Under the pieces are notes generated by a model. It searched no databases, was not told the origin of the DNA, and saw only the letters and a program-made list of their open reading frames with translations. Below are positions 1-8,992 of a DNA stretch of 64,000 nucleotides, piece by piece. This stretch comes from an uncultured Gammaproteobacteria bacterium (GTDB taxonomy: Bacteria; Patescibacteriota; Patescibacteriia; JAHIZJ01), in assembly GCA_964594455.1 (NCBI GenBank), contig CAZQLY010000001.1, forward strand, positions 97-64,096, written 5' to 3'. Every line of letters begins with the position of its first letter. Positions within the stretch are counted from its first letter, which is position 1. The position numbers and the translations under genes are program-made.

Positions 1-28
1 GGACATCTGACCCGTTTTTTATTTATAA

Positions 29-340
29 ATGCACACAAATTCACATCTAAGATCGCCGGCACTAGCCTATAGGGCTTTGGGCAGTGAAAGACGCTTGTAT
101 ATTTTGGAATTATTGTCTGAACGTAAATATACTTGTGGAGAATTGTCTGATAAACTGTCTATTACTATGCCAGCCATTTCTAAACATTTGAATTTATTAA
201 TTAGAGCAGGTTTTGCTAAAGGGAAACGCGAAGGAGCATCAGTTAAGTTTAAAATAGAGAATGATTATAATATTGAGATGATTAAGGATACTTACAACCT
301 TTTAACTAAAAGGTTTAAAATAGTGGATAAACCATATTGA
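29..340 (+). CDS. ArsR/SmtB-family HTH transcriptional regulator
   Basis: 103-aa ORF. HTH segment '...YTCGELSDKLSITMPAISKHLNLLIRAGFA...' is typical of ArsR family. The 3' end is part of a 75-bp direct repeat. Confidence 0.6.
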   Translation: MHTNSHLRSPALAYRALGSERRLYILELLSERKYTCGELSDKLSITMPAISKHLNLLIRAGFAKGKREGASVKFKIENDYNIEMIKDTYNLLTKRFKIVDKPY

Positions 341-370
341 CCAGGAAGGAGTGAAAGGAATAAAATATTG
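296..370 (+). repeat. 75-bp direct repeat copy 1 (copy 2 at 988-1062, 1 mismatch), contains palindrome ccttttaactaaaagg
   Basis: aaccttttaactaaaaggtttaaaa(t/c)agtggataaaccatattgaccaggaaggagtgaaaggaataaaatat occurs twice. Confidence 0.8.
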
Positions 371-407
371 TATTGCCGCATTGTAGGTGCTGAATGATTA
401 GTGTAAA

Positions 408-950
408 ATGGATAAACAGTATATTAATAACAACATGAATCTTTTAAAGAAATCAAAATCAAACATATTTTTTATTATGACGCCTAGTATTATTGCAATA
501 ATTGCTTTGAGTTATATTGGGTATAAAGAATATTTTGGGAGATTTGATATTCAACATCTCATGCCAGACAAGAATTTCGAGTACACGGACGAAATGTCAT
601 GTCAGGTAGTATACTCAACATATAGAGATCTTGGAGAGTCGTCAATGAAATATTACTCTAATAACGAATTCTCCGTCACGGGTCTAACAACAGGAAGTCC
701 CCAACTGACGATAGATGGATTTAGCAGAGCCTTAATAAATGTACGTGATGGCGAATATACAAGTACGTTTATTACTGAGGCAATTTCAGATGATATTGAA
801 GATTCATCAGTAGAAATGATTCAATTTCATAAACTTGATGGAACATTTGTCAGAACTTTTGTGGGAACTAACCAATATTTTGGTCCTATGGAAGTTTTTC
901 ATCCCGAGGGTTTTCACCTCGTTATCGCTCAGAAAGGCCGATGCGAATAA
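408..950 (+). CDS. hypothetical membrane-anchored protein (inserted cassette gene)
   Basis: 180-aa ORF with N-terminal TM helix (IFFIMTPSIIAIIALSYIGY). Flanked by 75-bp direct repeats (296-370 / 988-1062). Confidence 0.45.
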   Translation: MDKQYINNNMNLLKKSKSNIFFIMTPSIIAIIALSYIGYKEYFGRFDIQHLMPDKNFEYTDEMSCQVVYSTYRDLGESSMKYYSNNEFSVTGLTTGSPQLTIDGFSRALINVRDGEYTSTFITEAISDDIEDSSVEMIQFHKLDGTFVRTFVGTNQYFGPMEVFHPEGFHLVIAQKGRCE

Positions 951-1169
951 ATTTATAAGCAAGAGTTGAGGGGTATTCGTTTTTAAACCTTTTAACTAAA
1001 AGGTTTAAAACAGTGGATAAACCATATTGACCAGGAAGGAGTGAAAGGAATAAAATATAGTTGAAAGAGACGGGCTTTCCCCGCATCAAGTGCGGGATAA
1101 ACTAGGCTCGTTCTTTTCATTGTGAGTTGGTGTTCACTTGGCAATTCTGCTGAAAAGGAGGTATCTGAA

Positions 1170-2093
1170 ATGAAAGGCAATACCTGGCTCGGTCCGCCCA
1201 CGATCCTGCTTCTCATCCTCGGCCTGTGTGTCGTCCTCTCAGGCTGTGGGGATGAAGGGAATGAAGTCACTGGAGTTGAAACCGAAGAGATCACTGAGCT
1301 TCAATTGATTTCCGAGGAAGAGGCTCGAGACGTTGTTTATGTCGCGGGAATCGATGAGGAACAGATCGTCTATTTCGATGTTGTTCCTTATGATCTATCT
1401 GGTTCCAGTGAATTCGAGGTAGCGTGGATTGCTGTCATCAACGCAGATGAACAGTTCTTGGGTACGTTTGTTAATGCGTTCACAGGAGAATTGTTGTCTG
1501 TGAATACAAATGTGCCCGAGAGGATATCTGCACGGCTTGATGACCTTGGCCTGAACGAGGAGTCTAAGAAACTCCGAGGCATCAATCACTATGAGAGTTA
1601 TCCCTGGGGCTATGATTTGCCTACGCCGTTTGGTAATCACCGACTGACCTGTGGCTATGGTTGCGGATATCATACTGGTTCGAACCATTACGCTGTTGAC
1701 CTTACCCTGAGTCACGGTGAGTGTGTTCCCGCACCAGGCTCTGGTTGGTGTATGTTTGCCGGCGATCGCGGAGATGGATATGGCCGTCAGGTTATTATCT
1801 TAGGTGGTCAGGCCAATGGCTCCAACCGGTACGTTTACCGTATGGCTCACTTCAGCTCGATCTCCGTTGTTCCCGGTTGGTGGATCGACAAGGGTAGAGG
1901 GGTAGGAGCCGCGGGTTGTACTGGCAATTGCACGGGGACGCATGTGCACTTCTCAATACACAGAGGGTATTACTCTGGGGGGCGCATTTATGGTAATAGT
2001 GTTCCTCTGGATCGCTGGCCCGGCCCGAACGATCGGGTGGACTACTTCAACCGCAATAGCACTTGGCAGTTTTCTTTCAATTACTGCCACTAG
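1170..2093 (+). CDS. M23 family metallopeptidase lipoprotein (LytM-like peptidoglycan endopeptidase)
   Basis: RBS AAAGGAGG 6 nt upstream of ATG 1170. Lipobox LSGC. M23 motifs HYAVDL (HxxxD) and THVHFSIH (HxH). G+C visibly far above flanks. Confidence 0.75.
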   Translation: MKGNTWLGPPTILLLILGLCVVLSGCGDEGNEVTGVETEEITELQLISEEEARDVVYVAGIDEEQIVYFDVVPYDLSGSSEFEVAWIAVINADEQFLGTFVNAFTGELLSVNTNVPERISARLDDLGLNEESKKLRGINHYESYPWGYDLPTPFGNHRLTCGYGCGYHTGSNHYAVDLTLSHGECVPAPGSGWCMFAGDRGDGYGRQVIILGGQANGSNRYVYRMAHFSSISVVPGWWIDKGRGVGAAGCTGNCTGTHVHFSIHRGYYSGGRIYGNSVPLDRWPGPNDRVDYFNRNSTWQFSFNYCH

Positions 2094-2190
2094 ACTTCGG
2101 GGATAGGGAGAGTTAAACTCCCTATCCCTGACAATTTTATTTTGATGTATAATGAATTTAGATGAACAATAATCATTAAGTGAAAAAACG

Positions 2191-2685
2191 ATGAAAAAAA
2201 CAATCTATCTCTCAATTATTATCATCCTCGCAACAGCAGGGTTTAATCCTGGGACAGCTCAAGCTGATGTGGCTGATTATAACGGGAGCATCCTCCTAGA
2301 CGTTGAACGTCACGGTGAGGCATATTATATTTACCAAGGTTATAAGCATTACTTAGGCAGACCTGATCAAGCTTTTGAGATAATGAGGCGATTATCGTTG
2401 GGGATATCCGAAGAAAATTTTAACAATGGGTTTAGACAGGTAAACGATGTTTGGCAGATTTATCGTATAGTTGATTCTAGTTTATTTCCTTATATTCAGG
2501 GCCGGATTATTCTGCGACCGCACTCCCACGGTGAAGCTTATTATGTGACACCTGGTTTAGCTGCTGGTAATGGCTATTCAGCTGAGTATCTTGGCCGGCC
2601 ATATGATGCTTTTCAGATAATGACGAAGTATGGTCTTGGTGCGCGTTCGGAATTTATTGATTCAATACCGGATGGGAGTTTATAG
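2191..2685 (+). CDS. secreted protein with two internal repeats (HGEAYY...YLGRP..AF.IM)
   Basis: Signal peptide then duplicated ~45-aa module. No family recognised. Confidence 0.5.
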   Translation: MKKTIYLSIIIILATAGFNPGTAQADVADYNGSILLDVERHGEAYYIYQGYKHYLGRPDQAFEIMRRLSLGISEENFNNGFRQVNDVWQIYRIVDSSLFPYIQGRIILRPHSHGEAYYVTPGLAAGNGYSAEYLGRPYDAFQIMTKYGLGARSEFIDSIPDGSL

Positions 2686-2790
2686 TTAAATACCCTTTTC
2701 GCCATAAGACTTGATCATTAACAATGATATTTGTTTTATTTGCCGTGAATGCAAAAATGTGCTATAGTATCTTCTCAGGAGGGGCATTTC

Positions 2791-2871
2791 ATGGATATGA
2801 AGAAATTAACCCGAAAAACACAAAGCCAAACAAAAAAGGTTAACCAAGCTAGCCTTTCGCGACCATTGTAG
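2791..2871 (+). CDS. 26-aa basic mini-ORF (MDMKKLTRKTQSQTKKVNQASLSRPL), leader-peptide-like
   Basis: Extended -10 TGnTATAGT (2760-2768). RBS CAGGAGGGG 6 nt upstream. Stop codon lies inside an intrinsic terminator hairpin. 32 nt upstream of the next gene. Confidence 0.3.
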   Translation: MDMKKLTRKTQSQTKKVNQASLSRPL

Positions 2872-2887
2872 TAGTGGTCGTTTTTTA
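2860..2887 (+). terminator. intrinsic terminator / attenuator hairpin (cgacca-ttgtagtag-tggtcg + TTTTTT)
   Basis: 6-bp GC-containing stem followed by T6. Overlaps the mini-ORF stop codon. Confidence 0.5.
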
Positions 2888-2902
2888 ATTTGAGGACGGG
2901 AA

Positions 2903-3571
2903 ATGGATATACACGGAATTATACTTTTAATTATTGCTGCTTTAGAGCTAATATTATTGCTTTATTTACTTTTTACTCGCTCAAAAGGGCATATTATATA
3001 TGCGTTTACCATATTTACGGTTGGGGTTATTTTTTGGGTGATGGGGAATGGTCTTTATCGTTTGGTAAAAACTAATGAGTTAGCATTTTTATGGATAGAT
3101 ATAAATCAATTTGCAGCCATGGTCATCGCGGTAGGATTGGTATATCTGTCGTTATCTTTTCCTTATTTAGAAAAAAGGATAACCAAAATAATACTGGCAG
3201 TGTGGGTTTTTATTTTGTTTGTTTTTGCGTACTTATTGTTTTTTACAGACTCTGTAATAAAAGGTGTATCTGGTCCAATCAGCGATCGTTTTGCTGAGAA
3301 AGGCTCGTTGTACCATATGTATGCGATAGTGTTTTTACTTATGTTTGTTTGGGCATTTGTTAACTTTTTTAAAAAGTACGGGCGAACCGCAGGTGTACAA
3401 AAGTGGCAAGTAGGAGTTCTGTCTGTAGGTTTAATTGGATCAGCAATCTTTGGCACTCTGTTTGATTTATTCCTGCCTTGGTTTGGCGGCCCTCAATATT
3501 TTTATCTGGGACCAGAATCTTCGGTCATATGGTTAGCTTTTACAGTCTATATTGTATTTAAAAAAGCTTAG
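2903..3571 (+). CDS. stand-alone multi-TM protein homologous to N-terminal 7TM sensor region of the downstream histidine kinase (paralog 1)
   Basis: 222 aa, about 6-7 TM helices. Pattern ...L(R/F)xxxKxxINxxFF...W(V)..(T)N... shared with paralogs 2/3 and residues 1-250 of the 6103-8859 kinase. Confidence 0.6.
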   Translation: MDIHGIILLIIAALELILLLYLLFTRSKGHIIYAFTIFTVGVIFWVMGNGLYRLVKTNELAFLWIDINQFAAMVIAVGLVYLSLSFPYLEKRITKIILAVWVFILFVFAYLLFFTDSVIKGVSGPISDRFAEKGSLYHMYAIVFLLMFVWAFVNFFKKYGRTAGVQKWQVGVLSVGLIGSAIFGTLFDLFLPWFGGPQYFYLGPESSVIWLAFTVYIVFKKA

Positions 3572-4195
3572 ATGGCTCTCCAAATCTACATTTTAATATT
3601 TGAGTCAATACTACTTTTACTCTTGGCTTTTTATGTTTGGCTGAGAAATCCAAAGCAAGCAATCAATATTTCATTTTTTGTAATGGTGCTGGGAGCGGCT
3701 GTTTGGGTTGGGACAAATGGTATTTTTGAAGAGACTCAGAGTCAGTTAATGGGAAGGCTCACTTTTACAGGTGCAATTATGATCGCTGCAGCATTCTTAT
3801 ATTTTTCATTTTTATTTCCTTACAAAGCTCGTTTTGTTAAATGGTATGTTCATTTATTATCAATAGTTCCTGCTGTTGTGCTTAATGCAGTTTTGTTTAC
3901 CTCTGATTTATTCGTGGGTGGAGTTATCTCTGAGGACACTATGGAACAAGGGCCTTTTTATCATGTGTTTGCGGTTTATTTTTTGATTATGTGGGCTTGG
4001 GGGATTTATAATTTAGTAGAAAAGTACAAAAGAGCAGACGGACTACATTACTGGCAATTAAAAAACACTTTTTATGCTTTAAGTGTTTCACTATTAGCAG
4101 GTGTTACTACCAATTTAGTAATGCCGTGGTTGTTTCACATACAATATTATGGTTGGGTCGGGCCAATGTTCTCAATAGTGTTTTTTGGTTCATAA
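3572..4195 (+). CDS. stand-alone 7TM sensor-domain paralog 2
   Basis: 207 aa. Near-identical to paralog 3 over WLRNPKQAINISFFVMV. Shares C-terminal motif HYWQLKNTFYALS...GWVGPMFSIVFFG. Confidence 0.6.
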   Translation: MALQIYILIFESILLLLLAFYVWLRNPKQAINISFFVMVLGAAVWVGTNGIFEETQSQLMGRLTFTGAIMIAAAFLYFSFLFPYKARFVKWYVHLLSIVPAVVLNAVLFTSDLFVGGVISEDTMEQGPFYHVFAVYFLIMWAWGIYNLVEKYKRADGLHYWQLKNTFYALSVSLLAGVTTNLVMPWLFHIQYYGWVGPMFSIVFFGS

Positions 4196-4223
4196 GCTAT
4201 ATACTGTTTAAGAAAAACGTTTA

Positions 4224-4880
4224 ATGGGATTGATTAATTACATTTTAATATTCGAAGCTATTTTACTTCTGTTTCTTGCTTTTTATGTTTGGTTGAGGAA
4301 CCCGAAACAGGCAATTAATATTTCTTTCTTTGTTATGGTTTTCGGATCGGCTATTTGGGTATTTAGTAATGCTACTGATTATGTTTATGAGAAACTATTT
4401 TTAACACAATTTACTTACATAGGAGCCATACTAATAGCTTCGGGGTTCTATTATTTTTCTTATTACTTCCCTTATAGAAGAAGTAGTATGAATATGATTT
4501 TAAGCTGGTTTGTGAATATTATCTCAGTTTTCTTGATAGCAAGTTTGTTTATTAACAATCTTTTTTATAGCAATATTAATTATAATGACGTTAATTCAAA
4601 GGTTTTTGCCGGACCCACATTTCACATATTTAATATATTTTTTATCGTTGTTTGGATCCTGGGAATTATAAATTTGATACTTAAATACAAAATTGCAGAT
4701 GGAATACACCATTGGCAGATAAAAAACACATTTTTTGCATTAAGCATATCGCTAGTAGCTGGAACAACAACGAATCTAATTTTGCCTTGGATATTTGATG
4801 TATGGACATTTGGCTGGGTCGGGCCTATGTTTTCAATCGTCTTTTTTGGGTTTTTGAGTTATATATTGTTTAAGAAGTAG
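4224..4880 (+). CDS. stand-alone 7TM sensor-domain paralog 3
   Basis: 218 aa tandem paralog. Confidence 0.6.
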   Translation: MGLINYILIFEAILLLFLAFYVWLRNPKQAINISFFVMVFGSAIWVFSNATDYVYEKLFLTQFTYIGAILIASGFYYFSYYFPYRRSSMNMILSWFVNIISVFLIASLFINNLFYSNINYNDVNSKVFAGPTFHIFNIFFIVVWILGIINLILKYKIADGIHHWQIKNTFFALSISLVAGTTTNLILPWIFDVWTFGWVGPMFSIVFFGFLSYILFKK

Positions 4881-4906
4881 TTATAAAACGGATATTAATA
4901 TTCTTT

Positions 4907-6097
4907 ATGAAGTATCTTAAAAAAAGCATTAGAGAGATTGATCACTTAGGAAATTATCCGATTATTGATACAATAGAATCCCCGATTGGTCCAAAGGTAA
5001 AAATAAAAGGAAGAGAGTATTTATTATTCAGTTCGAATAGTTATTTAGGCATTACTACAAATCAACGGGTTGTAAAATCTTCAATTAATGCAATAAAAAA
5101 ATATGGTACTGGCTCTGGTTCATCAAGAGTTGTTGCGGGTACATTTGATATTCACACCAAACTTGAAAATGAGATCGCGCTTTTCAAAGAAAAAGAAGCG
5201 GCCATGGTATTAACCAGCGGTTATTCTACAAATGTAAGTTTAATTCCTGCATTAGCCAATGTATTCTCTATATATGGAAAGAAACCAGAAATTGAAACAG
5301 TGATCTTTAGTGACAGACTTAATCACGCTAGTATAATTGATGGAATAAAATTATCCGGTTGTAGGGTAATTGTATACAATCACCGTGATATTATGTCTTT
5401 GGAAAAAGCACTTGAGGAAAACAAGGGTTGTCGCAAATTAATAATAACTGATAGTATTTTTAGCATGGATGGAGACATTGCACCTTTAGATAAAATAGTA
5501 GAATTAAAAAAAAGATACAGTGCCCTATTAATGATAGATGAAGCACACGCAACCGGAGTATTTGGTAAACATGGAAAAGGTATTGCTAACTTTTATAATG
5601 TTAGTAAAGATGTTGATATTATAATGGGCACATTAAGTAAATCTTTCGGGTCTATAGGAGCCTATGTTGCAGGTGATAATGATATTATTCGTTTATTAAA
5701 AGTATCTGTTAGAGGTTATGTTTTTTCTACAGCTCTTACACCACCAGATATTTCTACCAGTAGGGAAGTAATTGCAATACTTAATGAGAATCCCGATTAT
5801 CCTAAAAAGATATTAGATTTAGCTAATTATTTAAGAGTAGGATTAAACAAAATTGGGTTTAACACACTAGGTAGCGAAACACAAATAGTGCCAATACTCA
5901 TTGGTGATATGATCAAATCTTTAAAGTTTCAATCAGAATTAAAAAAAAGAAGAATTATTGCGCCATGTATTCAGTGGCCTGCAGTAGAAAGAGATAAGAG
6001 TAGAATACGTTTTTCGGTAATATTGACACACACAAAAGAAGATATTGACTTTTTAATAAAATCGTGTAGAGAAGTCAAAAACAAACTAAATATTTAA
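4907..6097 (+). CDS. PLP-dependent alpha-oxoamine synthase family acyltransferase (AONS/KBL/SPT/CqsA-like)
   Basis: 396 aa. PLP-lysine motif GTLSKSFGSIGAYVAG. Also ...DEAHATGVFG.. and N-terminal substrate region typical of the class II aminotransferase / alpha-oxoamine synthase family. Confidence 0.75.
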   Translation: MKYLKKSIREIDHLGNYPIIDTIESPIGPKVKIKGREYLLFSSNSYLGITTNQRVVKSSINAIKKYGTGSGSSRVVAGTFDIHTKLENEIALFKEKEAAMVLTSGYSTNVSLIPALANVFSIYGKKPEIETVIFSDRLNHASIIDGIKLSGCRVIVYNHRDIMSLEKALEENKGCRKLIITDSIFSMDGDIAPLDKIVELKKRYSALLMIDEAHATGVFGKHGKGIANFYNVSKDVDIIMGTLSKSFGSIGAYVAGDNDIIRLLKVSVRGYVFSTALTPPDISTSREVIAILNENPDYPKKILDLANYLRVGLNKIGFNTLGSETQIVPILIGDMIKSLKFQSELKKRRIIAPCIQWPAVERDKSRIRFSVILTHTKEDIDFLIKSCREVKNKLNI

Positions 6098-6102
6098 AAT
6101 CT

Positions 6103-8859
6103 ATGTTAAGTGTATTATTAATTATTGCCGGTTGTGGAGATATAATTTTAGGTTTGATTGTTTTGCGTGCGGGATACAAGAAGAAATCAAATGTATTGTT
6201 TTTTATTTTTGCATCTATTATTGGGATTTGGGTCTTAACAAATTTTCTAATTGGATATGGTGAAGATATATTTTGGTTAAAACTAGCATATGCTCTGGGG
6301 CCATTTATTTATTCATTGAGTTTAATATGGATACTCAATTTTCTATTTGGAAAAGTAAGAAGAACTTATCTTATCGCTATTTTAGTTATTTCTTTATCTT
6401 TTTCTGTATTATCATTTATTAATGGTTATATTGTTAAGGATGTTAATGAGTTATATGTGGGAGGGTTTGAGGGCGAACTGGGAATCTTTTTTCTTCCATA
6501 TACGGTTTTTTCTATTTTTATGACAGTACTAAATGTTGTTGCTGTAATATACGGAGTAAAAAAAAGTAAAGGACAAAGAAAACAGCAACTAGTATATGTA
6601 CTGTCCGGCTATTCTATTTTTGGTATAGGCGCTTTATTTGCTTCATTTATTTTGCCGTCTTTTGGATTCACTAAGTATATACCGTTAGATTCTGTGTCAT
6701 CGTTGGCTTTTTTAGGATTTACATCATACGCAATAGTAAGACATCGTTTATTAGATATTCGCATCATAGTTACAAGATCAGTAGTTTACTTCTTCCTGAT
6801 CCTGTTTGTTACTCTGGCGTTTACTACGATGACATTCTTGACCGGTTTGTTTATCCAAGAACTCGGCGGGTCTCAGACCTTTACTACGATATTGGTTTCA
6901 CTGATTATCGTATTTGGATTTGATCCGTTGAAACGCTTGCTGGGTCGGATCACAGATGCGGTATTCTTTAAGAGTGAGATTAACTACACAAAAGCCACCC
7001 AGATATTGACTCAGATGATCAGCACCAAGATTGAGCTGGACGAGGTTATTAATTCTACCAATGAGAAGCTAAAGGATATATTAAAAATCAAAGAAGCTAA
7101 TATTCTAATTCAAACAAAGAATAAGCAATCCTTTGTTTTGCGTAAAAACGGCAATAGCAATGGTCGTTCCTTGAGACTGGACTCAAAAAGCTCCTTAGCA
7201 GCCTATGTAATAAATAGGCAAAAGATATCCGTCTTGGAAGAATTGGAGCGCCGGATATCTGATACTACCAATGATCGGGAGCGTAAGAAGCTGGAACGCT
7301 CGCGCTCGGACTTCGAAGCGCTGGGTGCGGATGTGGTGGCGCCGATCATCCTGGAGGGTGAGGTGACCGGCCTTTTTGTGCTCGGCGGCAAGCGCTCTGG
7401 CGATACTTACAACAATAATGATCTAAATATTCTCAACACCCTGGGGCCTTTGATGGGTTCGGCGATCGAGAAATCCAGGCTTTATGATGAGGTGAAATCA
7501 TTTGGTGAAAAGATGAAAGTCGAGGTGGAAAGAGCCACAGCTGATCTCCAGCTGGCCAATGTCGAGCTGAAGAATCGCAATGTTTATTTGAATGCCTTGC
7601 AGAATATCGGCAATATCATCACGCGCTCGCTTGATTTCAAAAAAGTTACCCAGACCATTGCCGATGGCATATCCACTGAGCTGGGCTATATCGGCGGCGT
7701 GATTATTCTGAAAGGCGAAGGCGAGACTACTCATCCGGCTGCGATGACTATGACTACGCTGACCCGAGCCGCCTTGAAACTCTTGCCCAAGAAGCTTCCT
7801 GAGTTCAAGGGCAAACTTTCTGACAAAGATCTGGCCACTGAAGCCATGCGTTCCGGGACTACCCAGATCAGTGACAAGCTGGCTGATTTCTTGAATCCGC
7901 CCATTCCCAAAGCTATTTGCGCAGCCATGCAGAAGTTGGTCAAAGCCCAGACCATCATTGCCGTGCCCATCCCTTCAGAGGTCGCTATCATCGGCAGTAT
8001 TGTTTTCGTCATCCAGAAGCCGAAGAGGGAAGTATCTGAAGACGAAGTCCAGATGATGAAAGCCTTGGCTGACCAGATGGGTATCGTGACCAGAAACGTG
8101 CAGTTGGTCGAAGAACTGCGCGATACAAATTTGGAACTAGAAAAAGCTAACGAGCATTTAAAAGAATTGGACGAAGCCAAAAACGAATTTATATCTATTG
8201 CCTCGCACCAATTGCGTACGCCTTTGACTGGAATCAAAGGCTATCTAGCCATGATTGTGGATGGCGACTTTGGCAAGGTACCGGCCCAAATGTTTGATAT
8301 TTTGAAACAAGTATTGGAAGCTTCGAAGCGCATGATCCGTTTGGTTAACCTATTCTTGAACATTACCAAGATCGAAGCTGGCAAATTCACCCTGGAAAAG
8401 AAACCAACTGACATAGTAGAATTAGTCCAATCGGAAATAACTGAATTGATCAAAGTAGCCGAAGATAAGGGCTTGAAAATAGAATTCAAAAAACCAAAAA
8501 CTAAACTGCCTGATGTTACGATCGACGGTGATAAACTAAAAGACGTGGTGCTGAATTTGATCGACAATGCTATCAAGTATACAGACAAAGGAAAGATAAC
8601 TGTTTCAGTGGAGAAACTGAACGGTGATGTGCGCGTCTCTGTCAAAGATACCGGCCGGGGTATTCCGCATGATGATGCCAAAAAACTTTTCTCCAAATTC
8701 GTACGTGGTGAGGGTATAGCTCAAGTTCAGCCAGATGGCTCTGGACTAGGTCTTTATATCGCTAAACGCATAGTTGATGCTCACAAGGGCGAGATTTGGG
8801 TGGAGAGCGAAGGATTGGGTAAGGGTTCAACGTTTATCTTCACAATCCCAGCGAAATAG
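6103..8859 (+). CDS. sensor histidine kinase (N-terminal 7TM domain, GAF-like domains, HisKA, HATPase_c; no receiver)
   Basis: 918 aa. H-box SIASHQLRTPLTGIKGY. N/G boxes LIDNAIKYT, DTGRGIP, GSGLGLYIAKRIV. Confidence 0.85.
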   Translation: MLSVLLIIAGCGDIILGLIVLRAGYKKKSNVLFFIFASIIGIWVLTNFLIGYGEDIFWLKLAYALGPFIYSLSLIWILNFLFGKVRRTYLIAILVISLSFSVLSFINGYIVKDVNELYVGGFEGELGIFFLPYTVFSIFMTVLNVVAVIYGVKKSKGQRKQQLVYVLSGYSIFGIGALFASFILPSFGFTKYIPLDSVSSLAFLGFTSYAIVRHRLLDIRIIVTRSVVYFFLILFVTLAFTTMTFLTGLFIQELGGSQTFTTILVSLIIVFGFDPLKRLLGRITDAVFFKSEINYTKATQILTQMISTKIELDEVINSTNEKLKDILKIKEANILIQTKNKQSFVLRKNGNSNGRSLRLDSKSSLAAYVINRQKISVLEELERRISDTTNDRERKKLERSRSDFEALGADVVAPIILEGEVTGLFVLGGKRSGDTYNNNDLNILNTLGPLMGSAIEKSRLYDEVKSFGEKMKVEVERATADLQLANVELKNRNVYLNALQNIGNIITRSLDFKKVTQTIADGISTELGYIGGVIILKGEGETTHPAAMTMTTLTRAALKLLPKKLPEFKGKLSDKDLATEAMRSGTTQISDKLADFLNPPIPKAICAAMQKLVKAQTIIAVPIPSEVAIIGSIVFVIQKPKREVSEDEVQMMKALADQMGIVTRNVQLVEELRDTNLELEKANEHLKELDEAKNEFISIASHQLRTPLTGIKGYLAMIVDGDFGKVPAQMFDILKQVLEASKRMIRLVNLFLNITKIEAGKFTLEKKPTDIVELVQSEITELIKVAEDKGLKIEFKKPKTKLPDVTIDGDKLKDVVLNLIDNAIKYTDKGKITVSVEKLNGDVRVSVKDTGRGIPHDDAKKLFSKFVRGEGIAQVQPDGSGLGLYIAKRIVDAHKGEIWVESEGLGKGSTFIFTIPAK

Positions 8860-8962
8860 CACTGTTTAAGGTACCTCTCCACAAGGTCGAGGAATATTTA
8901 TTTTAATATTTCTCGACCGAGAGAGTGAAACGAACGAGTGGAGAGATACCTAATAGTTTCTC

Positions 8963-8992
8963 TTGACACCTGAAATAGAAATACGCTAAAAT
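8963..8992 (+). promoter_or_regulatory. sigma70-like promoter (TTGACA-18-TAAAAT) for the 9095 gene
   Basis: Consensus hexamers read directly. Confidence 0.4.

Noticed and set aside
1388-1715. Minus-strand ORFs 65 and 106 aa inside the M23 lipoprotein gene
   Set aside because: Antisense to the high-GC CDS. No signals.
7203-8696. Four minus-strand ORFs (62-168 aa) inside the histidine-kinase gene
   Set aside because: Entirely antisense to a well-supported 918-aa CDS. No RBS or motif. Typical shadow ORFs.
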